From an uncultured Syntrophus sp. (lineage in GTDB: Bacteria; Desulfobacterota; Syntrophia; Syntrophales; UBA5619): a stretch of 55,617 nucleotides of DNA. Location: the NCBI GenBank assembly GCA_964540555.1, contig CAZINF010000003.1:1-55617 (forward strand). The letters run 5' to 3'. A program made the position numbers and the translations under genes. Below the pieces are notes generated by a model, which saw only the letters and a list, made by a program, of their open reading frames with translations, ran no database searches and was not told the DNA's origin. Positions 45,059 through 53,280 of this stretch are shown piece by piece. Every line of letters starts with the position of its first letter. The first letter of the stretch is position 1.

Positions 45059-45113
45059 TGGTAGGTATAGCCTACCAATCAGCTTACCATCGATCCTCAT
45101 TGTCTTTTCCCAT
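45059..45113 (+). promoter_or_regulatory. Conserved hairpin-plus-box element, copy A (TGGTAGG-loop-CCTACCA, 15 nt, ATCCTCATTGTCTTTTCCCAT)
   Basis: It has the same architecture and spacing as 49261-49312. It lies in the 573-nt non-coding gap upstream of the sensor kinase operon. Confidence 0.45.
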
Positions 45114-45523
45114 ATTTCACATTATTTTCGATCTCACGACGGCGTCTGATATGAAAAATCATTGCCGGACACGCTGGACGGTAATTGCCGAAGGCGACCG
45201 CACCATGGTCGAATGATTGATTATCATTGTTGAAAAGAGAGGAAATCGACATGGATCAGAAGGCATCGGAATAGGGAAGGCAGCAACTTCAGGCTCACAT
45301 CGAGGGGTTTCTTGGACAGGCTCTCAGGAACGACATGCAGAGTATCGAATACAAGCCACGCTTCATCGTTCCCCTGCTGGAGATGCCATCCGAGTATAGC
45401 AAAAACGAATGTCAGAAAATGACCACATGAAGGGCATGCGGGCTCATCTGACAGAAGAGATCCATATTTTCTCTGGCCGTAGCGACTTTTTATCATTATA
45501 TTGCCGATCAAAGATTACAGAGG

Positions 45524-47887
45524 TTGTCCATGGATAAACCGATGACCAGACTTTTCATTGGATTGAAATCCGTTTCGAAATCGGGAACCTTAAAAACCGG
45601 CAGAAACTTGGCGATCTTATCAGGCATCGCGGCGCTCATCGGCCTGTGTCTGATCAGTCGTCACAATTACCTTTTGTTTCATGTTCTTGTTGAACTGTTC
45701 AGTATTGTCATCGGCGTGACCCTTTTCATCGTTGCCTGGAATTTACGGCGCACGATAACCAACCATTACATCCTGTTTGTCGGCATCGCCTATCTGTTTG
45801 TCGCCGTCCTGGATACCTTTCACACCCTGAGCTATAAGGGCATGGGCGTATTTGCGATCGACAGCGCCAATACCGCAACACAGCTTTGGATTGCCGCCCG
45901 GTTCCTCCAGAGCGCCTCTCTTCTCGCCGCCCCCTATTTCCTGAAACGCAAATTGAACAGCGAGGCAACGGTTTTTCTTTTCACCGTGTTTGCCGCTCTC
46001 ATCTTAGGTTCCATCTATCTCTGGAACTTCTTTCCCGCATGCTACATTGAGGGGAGAGGATTAACGCCCTTTAAGATTGCCGGCGAGTATATTATTTCTT
46101 CGATCCTCCTGATTGCCCTGATTTTTCTTTATAAGAATGGCTCCCATTTCGACGCCGTGGTGTTGCGATGGATCGGTGTCTCTATCGTTGCAACCATCGT
46201 CTCCGAACTGGCATTCACGTTTTACGTCGGTGTCTACGATGTTTCCAATCTGATCGGTCACTTTTTCAAGATCATCGCGTTTTACCTGATTTACAAGGCC
46301 GTCGTCAAAATGGCTTTCATCAAGCCTTACGATCTCCTGTTCAGAGATCTCATCCTGAAACAGGCGGCTCTCCAGGAAGAGAAAAAAAGGGCGCAAAGCT
46401 ACCTCGATATTGCGGGGATCATCGTCGTCCTCAATATGGATCAAACCATCGCCCTGATCAATAAATCAGGCTGTCGCCTCTTGGGATATGGGGAAAGAGA
46501 GGTGATCGGTAGAAACTGGTTCGACACGTTTATTCCTGAACGAATCAAGAATGAAGCGAAGGACGTCTTTTCAAACCTGATCACCGGCAACCTCGAAGGA
46601 ATCGATGTTTATGAAAACCTGATTCTGTCCGTAAGCGGTGAAGAGCGGTTGATCCGGTGGCAAAATAGCCTATTGAAGGACGAACACGGCCGGATCACCG
46701 GCACACTCAGCTCCGGCGAAGACATTACCGCGTGGAAAAAGGCCGAAGCGGAAAAGACGAATCTGGCCACCTTCCCCCAACTCAATCCGAATCCCGTTGT
46801 CGAAGTCGATCTGTCGGGGAAGGTCCACTTTCTCAATCCCGCCGCTGAGCGATTATTTCCCGATCTTCGCCGGCTCGGTCCCGCGCATCCCTGGCTGAAA
46901 GGTTGGGATGCCTGGCTCAGCGGCTTTCTCCGCGACAAGGGCCAGGAGGGGCAGAGGGAGATCGAAGTCGGCGAAAGATGGTTCAATCAAACGATGTATT
47001 TCGTCCATGCAATCGAACGGATCCGAATCTATGGGCTGGATATCACCAAGCGCAAGCGGGCAGAAGAAACGCTGCTGAATATCCATGAAGAACTGGAGCA
47101 GCGGGTCCGGGAACGCACGCTTCAACTCGACACGGTACAGAGGGCTTTACAGAAATCCCATGACGAACTGGAGCGCCGGGTGGAGGAGCGGACGGCCGAA
47201 CTTGAAGCCGCCAACAAGGAATTGGAAAGTTTCAGTTACTCCGTTTCCCATGACCTTCAGGCCCCCCTGCGCGCTATCGATGGGTATGCCCGCATGATCC
47301 TCAGGGATCATACGGATCAATTTGATGAAGATACGAAACAGAAATTCGGTACGATCAGACGCAACGCCCAGATGATGGGCCAGCTCATCAACGATCTTCT
47401 CGCCTTCTCACGCCTGGGTAGGCAGGAAGTCATACCGTCAAAGCTGGACATGGGCGGTCTTCTCAATGACGCGTGGAAAGAACTGCAGATGATCTATCCG
47501 GAAAGAAAAATGATCCTGGACGCCCAGGCGATGCCGCCCGCTTTTGGAGACAGGACGCTCATCAAGCAGGTGCTGCTCAATCTTCTTTCCAATGCCATCA
47601 AATTCACAAAATATCGCGAGTGCGCGAAAATTGAAGCTGGAGGATACGCCGATGGAAAACAGCTTGTCTATTATATCATCGATAATGGGGTCGGTTTCGA
47701 TATGACATACCACGATAAAATGTTCGGCGTGTTTCAGCGTCTCCACAGCAGTGACGAATTTGAAGGGACGGGGGTCGGCCTTGCGATCGTCGAACGCATC
47801 ATCCATCGTCATGGCGGGCGTGTATGGGCGGAAGGCATGCCGGACCGAGGCGCATCCTTCTATTTTTCCCTGACAAAAAAGGAGTGA
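45524..47887 (+). CDS. Sensor histidine kinase: multi-pass membrane N-terminal domain (MASE3-like), PAS region(s), HisKA, HATPase_c
   Basis: 787-aa ORF with about 7 TM segments at the N-terminus. The H-box is SYSVSHDLQAPLRAI. The N, G1 and G2 boxes are in LLSNAIKF...DNGVGF...GTGVGLAIV. Confidence 0.85.
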   Translation: MSMDKPMTRLFIGLKSVSKSGTLKTGRNLAILSGIAALIGLCLISRHNYLLFHVLVELFSIVIGVTLFIVAWNLRRTITNHYILFVGIAYLFVAVLDTFHTLSYKGMGVFAIDSANTATQLWIAARFLQSASLLAAPYFLKRKLNSEATVFLFTVFAALILGSIYLWNFFPACYIEGRGLTPFKIAGEYIISSILLIALIFLYKNGSHFDAVVLRWIGVSIVATIVSELAFTFYVGVYDVSNLIGHFFKIIAFYLIYKAVVKMAFIKPYDLLFRDLILKQAALQEEKKRAQSYLDIAGIIVVLNMDQTIALINKSGCRLLGYGEREVIGRNWFDTFIPERIKNEAKDVFSNLITGNLEGIDVYENLILSVSGEERLIRWQNSLLKDEHGRITGTLSSGEDITAWKKAEAEKTNLATFPQLNPNPVVEVDLSGKVHFLNPAAERLFPDLRRLGPAHPWLKGWDAWLSGFLRDKGQEGQREIEVGERWFNQTMYFVHAIERIRIYGLDITKRKRAEETLLNIHEELEQRVRERTLQLDTVQRALQKSHDELERRVEERTAELEAANKELESFSYSVSHDLQAPLRAIDGYARMILRDHTDQFDEDTKQKFGTIRRNAQMMGQLINDLLAFSRLGRQEVIPSKLDMGGLLNDAWKELQMIYPERKMILDAQAMPPAFGDRTLIKQVLLNLLSNAIKFTKYRECAKIEAGGYADGKQLVYYIIDNGVGFDMTYHDKMFGVFQRLHSSDEFEGTGVGLAIVERIIHRHGGRVWAEGMPDRGASFYFSLTKKE

Positions 47888-47893
47888 CATTTC

Positions 47894-48340
47894 TTGATGA
47901 ATATGATCGAGATCCTGATCATTGAAGATAATCGTCAGGACGAAGTGATGATTCTGGACGCCTTCCGTGAGCAAAACATCCATGACAAGATCCGTGTCCT
48001 TCATGACGGGGAGGAAGCGCTGGATTATTTTTTTGGCCCTCATGGTTGCCTTCGGAAGGCAGACATCTGGCATCCCAAATTCGTCCTGCTCGATTTAAAG
48101 CTTCCCAAGGTCGGCGGCCTGGAAGTTCTAAAATGCTTAAAATCCGATGAGCGGGCCAGGAACATCCCCATCATCATATTTACTTCATCGAATGAAGCGA
48201 AGGATCGAAACGAAAGCTACCGGCTGGGGGCCAACAGTTATATCGTAAAGCCCATGGATGCGGATTGTTTTTCACGTTTTGTCGTCGACATCGCCTCTTA
48301 TTGGCTCATGATGAACAGGACCCCCTATCAGGAGGCGTAG
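47894..48340 (+). CDS. Stand-alone response regulator receiver protein
   Basis: 148-aa ORF with the REC motifs EDN..D, VLLDLKLP and IIFTSS...K. Confidence 0.85.
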   Translation: MMNMIEILIIEDNRQDEVMILDAFREQNIHDKIRVLHDGEEALDYFFGPHGCLRKADIWHPKFVLLDLKLPKVGGLEVLKCLKSDERARNIPIIIFTSSNEAKDRNESYRLGANSYIVKPMDADCFSRFVVDIASYWLMMNRTPYQEA

Positions 48341-48389
48341 CCTCGGCATGTGATCATCCCATTCACCGGGAAAGGATAGATGTTGAACC

Positions 48390-49259
48390 ATGGAAAAAAG
48401 AGAATTGCATATATTGATCCTGGAAGATGTAACGACGGACGCCGAACTGATCAAGGATGAACTCAGGGAGGCCGGCACGGTCTTCACGCCGAGTTGCGTT
48501 AAGGACAAGGTGTCTTATCTCAAAGCCTTGGACGAATTTTCACCGGATATTATTCTCTCGGATTATTCCTTGCCGTCCTTCGACGGGATGTCGGCGCTGA
48601 AGCTCGCCGGGAGAAAATGTCCGGACGTGCCCTTCATTTTCGTCTCGGGGGCGCTGGGCGAGGAAACGGCCATCGAACTGCTTAAGCAGGGGGCGACGGA
48701 TTATGTACTGAAGAGCCGGTTGTCCCGTCTAAACCCGGCCGTCTCCCGGGCGCTCCAGGAAGTAAAGGAACGAAAAGAACGGAAAATGGCGGAGGAGGAG
48801 CTGAAAAAAAGGGAGCAGGCTCTGGAATTGAAATCCCGAAGCCTTGAGGAGGCCAATACGGCATTGAAGGTCTTGCTTCGACACCGGGAGGAAGACAAAG
48901 CTGCCCTTGAAGAACAGGTATTAGCCAATGTTCGAAAACTGGTTCTACCGTACCTTGAAAACCTGAAACATCTTAACTTAAATGAAAAGCAAGTCGCTCA
49001 GGTTAAAATTGCCGAGGAGAATCTGAAGAAGATCGTGTCTCCATTTTTACGCAATCTGGCATCGCGCTATCTCGAACTGACCCCGAGAGAGATTCAGGTG
49101 GCCAACTTTGTCAAAGAGGGAAAGACCACCAAGGAGATGACCGAGATTCTCAACATATCGGCAACGGCCGTGGACTTTCACAGGAAGAACCTCCGTTCCA
49201 AATTCGGTATCAAAAACAAAAAAACCAATCTGCTGGCCTTTCTTTCTTCCCTCTCCTGA
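48390..49259 (+). CDS. Response regulator: REC domain, coiled-coil linker, LuxR/GerE-type HTH
   Basis: 289-aa ORF. REC is LILEDV...ILSDYSLP. The C-terminal LTPREIQVANFVKEGKTTKEMTEILNISATAVDFHRKNLRSKFG is a LuxR-type HTH. Confidence 0.85.
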   Translation: MEKRELHILILEDVTTDAELIKDELREAGTVFTPSCVKDKVSYLKALDEFSPDIILSDYSLPSFDGMSALKLAGRKCPDVPFIFVSGALGEETAIELLKQGATDYVLKSRLSRLNPAVSRALQEVKERKERKMAEEELKKREQALELKSRSLEEANTALKVLLRHREEDKAALEEQVLANVRKLVLPYLENLKHLNLNEKQVAQVKIAEENLKKIVSPFLRNLASRYLELTPREIQVANFVKEGKTTKEMTEILNISATAVDFHRKNLRSKFGIKNKKTNLLAFLSSLS

Positions 49260-49260
49260 C

Positions 49261-49312
49261 TGGTAGATTTTACCTACCATTAGCCATCCATTCAATCCTC
49301 ATTGTTTTCCAT
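49261..49312 (+). promoter_or_regulatory. Conserved hairpin-plus-box element, copy B (TGGTAG-loop-CTACCA, 15 nt, ATCCTCATTGTTTTCCAT)
   Basis: It starts 2 nt after the LuxR-type regulator stop and ends 57 nt before the glycogen-synthase-like ATG. It matches copy A at 45059-45113. Confidence 0.45.
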
Positions 49313-49368
49313 CTCCCTGGATACTAAAGTATGACCAACACAAAACTGCATAAGGGTGAAAGCTCAAC

Positions 49369-50904
49369 ATGTCATCTGAATTTCTCGATCGTCATCCAAA
49401 AAAAACGGCAGTTCTCCTGATTGCACCCGAGACGGGCCGTCTGCCGAATGGAATGGGGCCTCTGGCCAGGTTTATCTCCGGCAAGAGCGGCGGTATGGGC
49501 GATGTGATCTCAACCCTTTGCGAAGGCCTGACGCGCCGGGGTGTTGAGTGTCATCTTGCCACGCTGAACCTGACCAAACGTTTCCAGCAGGAGAATAATC
49601 TGAACGATGATCAGTGGGACAGGATTATCCACACTATCGACCCGGGGCACATCCATCTGGTGAACTCCGCCATATTCGACAATCTTTCCGATGCCTATGC
49701 CGGAAATGCCGTTCTGAGCGCCGCCGAGTTCCAGAAGATTCTCGTCAATCAGATCATCACGAATATCCGCGCCAGAAACAGAGGTCGCCTCATCATTCAC
49801 AGCCATGACTGGATGGCGGGGGGTGTCATCACTGCGGATGCAAAGCTGCGGGGATGCCCGGTGCTTCATACACTCCACAATGTTCACACGGCCCATATCC
49901 CCCTGGACCTCTTTGTAGGCGTCGATACGGGAAAGGTATCCGATTACCTCTATCGCTCCGAGGACCGGGGGAAAGCGTCCATTGATTGCCAAGCCACGGC
50001 GATCAAGAATGCCAATCTGGTCAATTTTGTGGGGGCCCGCTTTCTCAAAGAAATCGTCGATGACCAATTTGCCGATCGACCTATCATTCCCCAAAGCGTT
50101 CGCCGGGAAGTCAAGGTAAAGTATGATCATGGCGAGACCCGCACGATCATCAACGCCCCGGCTCTGAATATGTACCCCGAATATGGCGAGCATCTGATAC
50201 GGAAATATGGCCCCGAGGATGACGTCATCGCTGCCAAGCGGGAAAACCTCGTAGAGTTTCAGAAGAGGACCGGGCTCAACGTGAACCCCGAAGCCATCCT
50301 TTTATATTGGCCGTCCCGCCTGGACCCCTCTCAAAAAGGGATCGAACTCCTCGAGACGATCGCCCGACAGTTTGTCACCACCCATGGAGATTCGCAAATC
50401 GCCATCGTCGGCAACGGCGTAGGCAATGATCGGACCCACGAAGAGATATGCGGAAGAATCGCATGCGCCTCCGGGGGTAAGATCACCTACCAACGCTTCA
50501 GCGAGCCGCTGTCGATGCTGGGCTTTGCCGCGGCCAACGATGTGTTCGGCGCTTCTTTGTATGAACCCTGCGGCCAGATCGATCAGATCGGAAATCTTTT
50601 CGGGGCAACAGCCACAAACCGTGATACGGGGGGCTATCATGACAAGATCCAGGAGATGGCCCTGATGAGCGATGGCGCATCGGAAGACTCCGGCAACGGT
50701 TTCCTTTTCAAGGATTATGACACAGGGGGGCTATGGTACGGGCTGTCCAGGACAGTCCAGTTTCACCGGCGTTCTCCGGAAATCCGGGAAAGGCAAATCA
50801 AGCGGATAATGAAAGAAACCAGGCAGAGACACGATCCCGAGCGGATGATCGACGGATATATCCGTGTCTACGAGGAGCTGAACGGCGGAGTGCCCCTTGC
50901 GTAG
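49369..50904 (+). CDS. glgA: Glycogen/starch synthase-like glycosyltransferase (GT5)
   Basis: 511-aa ORF with the K-x-G-G-x-G-D-V motif (GKSGGMGDVISTL), HSHDWMAG, and a C-terminal GT-B half with ASLYEPCGQ. Confidence 0.75.
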   Translation: MSSEFLDRHPKKTAVLLIAPETGRLPNGMGPLARFISGKSGGMGDVISTLCEGLTRRGVECHLATLNLTKRFQQENNLNDDQWDRIIHTIDPGHIHLVNSAIFDNLSDAYAGNAVLSAAEFQKILVNQIITNIRARNRGRLIIHSHDWMAGGVITADAKLRGCPVLHTLHNVHTAHIPLDLFVGVDTGKVSDYLYRSEDRGKASIDCQATAIKNANLVNFVGARFLKEIVDDQFADRPIIPQSVRREVKVKYDHGETRTIINAPALNMYPEYGEHLIRKYGPEDDVIAAKRENLVEFQKRTGLNVNPEAILLYWPSRLDPSQKGIELLETIARQFVTTHGDSQIAIVGNGVGNDRTHEEICGRIACASGGKITYQRFSEPLSMLGFAAANDVFGASLYEPCGQIDQIGNLFGATATNRDTGGYHDKIQEMALMSDGASEDSGNGFLFKDYDTGGLWYGLSRTVQFHRRSPEIRERQIKRIMKETRQRHDPERMIDGYIRVYEELNGGVPLA

Positions 50905-50925
50905 TAGACGGCGTCTAAGTGAATT

Positions 50926-51034
50926 TTCCCTTCCTTGGCGGGAGGGGATTAAGGGGAGGGGGATGGAACACGTTGAAATCCAGTTACTTTCGACTCCCAC
51001 CCTAACCCTCCCCCGTCGAGGGGGAGGGGTTTTG
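50926..51034. repeat. G/C-rich imperfect palindromic REP-like element ending in a terminator-like hairpin
   Basis: Inverted copies of a CCCTCCCC...TAA..CCC unit occur at 50926-50975 and 50995-51034. The core hairpin is CCCTCCCCC (51006-51014), GTCGA, GGGGGAGGG (51020-51028), followed by GTTTT. It lies just after the glgA-like stop. Confidence 0.55.
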
Positions 51035-51082
51035 GACAGGGGCTAAACATGTCATATCTTTTTTAAGAAAGGAGGCAGGAAA

Positions 51083-51538
51083 ATGTATAAGAAAGTTTTG
51101 GTTCCGTTGGATGGTTCAGATTTGGCCGAGTGCATGTTGTCACACCTCAAATCCCTCTTCAAGGATGGATCGGTGGGAGAGGTGACCCTCTTGAATATCG
51201 TCACCATCGATATCCCTTGGGGAGACTTGGAGGGCGGGCACTTCGACTTAGAGGCACTCAGAAAACAGGTCTTCACAATATCAAAAAATTACCTTGCAAA
51301 AGTGGAATCCCGACTGAGTCCCGAAGGGATAAAGGTAAAAACGGTGTCCGTGGAGGCCAACAGGCCTGCCGAGACGATCATGGATTATGCCAAGAAAAAC
51401 GGCACGGAACTGATCATCATGGCGACCCACGGTTATACAGGATTCAAGAGGCTGATGCTGGGGAGCGTGGCGTCCGGTGTCCTGAATCAGTCCGCTGTTC
51501 CCATACTCTTAATCAGGCCGGAAGCCTGCCGCCTGTAG
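51083..51538 (+). CDS. Universal stress protein (UspA family)
   Basis: 151-aa ORF: MYKKVLVPLDGSDLAE... and the C-terminal LIIMATHGYTGFKRLMLGSVASGVLNQSAVPILLIR. Confidence 0.9.
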   Translation: MYKKVLVPLDGSDLAECMLSHLKSLFKDGSVGEVTLLNIVTIDIPWGDLEGGHFDLEALRKQVFTISKNYLAKVESRLSPEGIKVKTVSVEANRPAETIMDYAKKNGTELIIMATHGYTGFKRLMLGSVASGVLNQSAVPILLIRPEACRL

Positions 51539-51547
51539 CAATAGCCG

Positions 51548-51588
51548 CGGGTATGAACCCTCCGGCAGGGCTGGAGGGTTCATACCCG
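51548..51588 (+). terminator. Perfect 16-bp stem-loop after usp (no T-tract)
   Basis: CGGGTATGAACCCTCC (51548-51563), a 9-nt loop, then GGAGGGTTCATACCCG (51573-51588). Confidence 0.5.
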
Positions 51589-51725
51589 GGCAAGCTCGGG
51601 AAGAGGATGCGCGAATAACCTTCCCCGAAATGGTTTACGGGCTACGGTGACAGCGTGTGACCCAAGAAGCTGTGAAACCGACCTTCCTGGAAGCGACCGG
51701 GGAAAGACCCCATCTAAGGTGACCT

Positions 51726-52004
51726 ATGAAAGAAAGGATTGAAAAAAGAAGGATATGCTTCAGGTATCTTGACCCGGAGGCCGAGGCGGTATTTTTGTCC
51801 GGAGGCTTCAACGGATGGAATCCTGAAGCAAACCCCATGAGGAAAAACAGAGAAGGCGTCTGGTCGACTGTTGTGAACCTCTTCCCCGGGATCTACGAAT
51901 ACCGGTTCATCGTTGATGGTCTATGGAAGAACGATCCGGCTTGCGATCAATATCATTTGAACCAATATGGCAGCCATAACTGCATATTGACAGTCACCCG
52001 GTAA
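51726..52004 (+). CDS. Stand-alone glycogen-binding module (CBM48 / AMPK-beta-like E-set domain)
   Basis: 92-aa ORF. FRYLDPEAEAVFLSGGFNGWNPEANPMRKN.EGVWSTVVNLFPGIYEYRFIVDGLWKNDP is the CBM48 pattern. Confidence 0.75.
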   Translation: MKERIEKRRICFRYLDPEAEAVFLSGGFNGWNPEANPMRKNREGVWSTVVNLFPGIYEYRFIVDGLWKNDPACDQYHLNQYGSHNCILTVTR

Positions 52005-52215
52005 TGTAGCCTCCCATTCTGTATAACTTGCGACCTCTAAGAGTCGTATCTTTTTCCCTGTCGGTTGATGATGGAAAAGTTGGTGGCGGATTACGATACA
52101 TTTACGTTGTAGACACGGAATAAAAACCGGCGACACAAAGGAACAGGGTGTGCATAGCATGGCTTGGTATGACCATAACGTGAGATTTTTTACATTATTA
52201 AGAAAGGAGAAGACA

Positions 52216-52590
52216 ATGACCAAACAGACAGGAATTTATAAATGTACAGTGTGCGGGAATATCGTTGAAGTGGTTCACGCAGGCGACGGGGAACTGGTAT
52301 GTTGCGGCCAGCCGATGCAATTGTTGAGGGGAAATACCACTGATGCCTCGCGTGAGAAGCATGTTCCCGTTATCGAGAAAATGCCGGACGGAGTGAAGGT
52401 GAAGGTGGGAAGCGTAGCCCACCCCATGGAGGAGAAACACTATATCGAGTGGATCGAGATGATTGCCGACGGCAAAGTCTGCCGGCAGTTTCTCAAACCC
52501 GGTCAGGCGCCGGAAGCCGACTTTCCCGTGAAAGCTACTGCAATGACAGCGCGGGCATACTGCAACCTGCACGCGCTGTGGAAGTCCTGA
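52216..52590 (+). CDS. dfx: Desulfoferrodoxin (2Fe superoxide reductase)
   Basis: It has the desulforedoxin-type CxxC...CC centre (CTVCGN...VCCGQ) and centre II ligands ([23 protein letters not shown]). The ATG at 52216 follows AAGGAGAAG. Confidence 0.9.
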   Translation: MTKQTGIYKCTVCGNIVEVVHAGDGELVCCGQPMQLLRGNTTDASREKHVPVIEKMPDGVKVKVGSVAHPMEEKHYIEWIEMIADGKVCRQFLKPGQAPEADFPVKATAMTARAYCNLHALWKS

Positions 52591-52621
52591 TTTACTCTAG
52601 ACGTATTGAGAGGTGTTGGGT

Positions 52622-52864
52622 ATGAAAGGGCCTGTCAAAGCCGTCAGGACGCTCGACTGCATGGGACTGTATTGCCCCGAGCCGCTGTTCCAGACACGGG
52701 AGAATATTGACCAGATCAAGCCGGGCGAGATTCTGGAGGTCATCACAGACGACCCGGCGGCGGAGGAGGATCTCAAGAGGTTCGCCAAGCGTGCGGGCCA
52801 CGAGGTTGTGTCCTTTGATAAGGACGACGACCGCATGCGATTCTTGATCAAGAGGAGTGTGTGA
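52622..52864 (+). CDS. tusA: TusA/SirA-family sulfurtransferase
   Basis: It has the CPxP active-site motif (LDCMGLYCPEPLF) and an ~80-aa two-layer alpha/beta size. The ATG is at 52622; the ORF track starts at a GTG at 52613. Confidence 0.85.
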   Translation: MKGPVKAVRTLDCMGLYCPEPLFQTRENIDQIKPGEILEVITDDPAAEEDLKRFAKRAGHEVVSFDKDDDRMRFLIKRSV

Positions 52865-52908
52865 CCATTCGTGGGGGTCACGACCGACCAGAAAAGGAGA
52901 TGATAGGC

Positions 52909-53271
52909 ATGCCAGAGAAGAAGTTTATCCTGTATGTTCAGACGAGTGACGCGCCCGAGAGGCAGTATTCGCCCCTGGTGCTGGCGCAGACGGCCACGGC
53001 CATGGCGCTCGATTCCAAGATCTACTACCTGGGCATGGGGCTCAAGATCCTGCTGCCCGGCGCGGCCGAAGCTATTAAGATGGGGTCGTTCCCGACCGTG
53101 AAGGAGATGATGGACAAGGCCATGAAGATGGGCGTTGAGTTTTACGCTTGCGAGGCATCCAAGCAGATGCTGGGCTGGGACAAGGTCACGCTCATCCCCG
53201 GCGTCAAGATCGTCGGCGCGGGTACGCTCAATGACCTCGCGCTCGATGCGGGCGCCGCGATGTGGTTTTAA
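52909..53271 (+). CDS. DsrE/DsrF-like family protein (putative sulfur-relay protein)
   Basis: A protein of about 120 aa starting MPEKKFILYVQTSD, with a conserved Cys in FYACEAS. The start at 52909 follows AAAAGGAG. Confidence 0.65.
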   Translation: MPEKKFILYVQTSDAPERQYSPLVLAQTATAMALDSKIYYLGMGLKILLPGAAEAIKMGSFPTVKEMMDKAMKMGVEFYACEASKQMLGWDKVTLIPGVKIVGAGTLNDLALDAGAAMWF

Positions 53272-53280
53272 GAGAGAGGT

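Noticed and set aside
45224-45511. A 95-aa minus-strand ORF (and the 60-aa plus-strand ORF at 45217-45399) in the long gap before the sensor kinase.
   Set aside because: There is no recognisable motif, no convincing SD and odd composition. I treat the 573-nt gap as regulatory or non-coding. A small real gene cannot be excluded.
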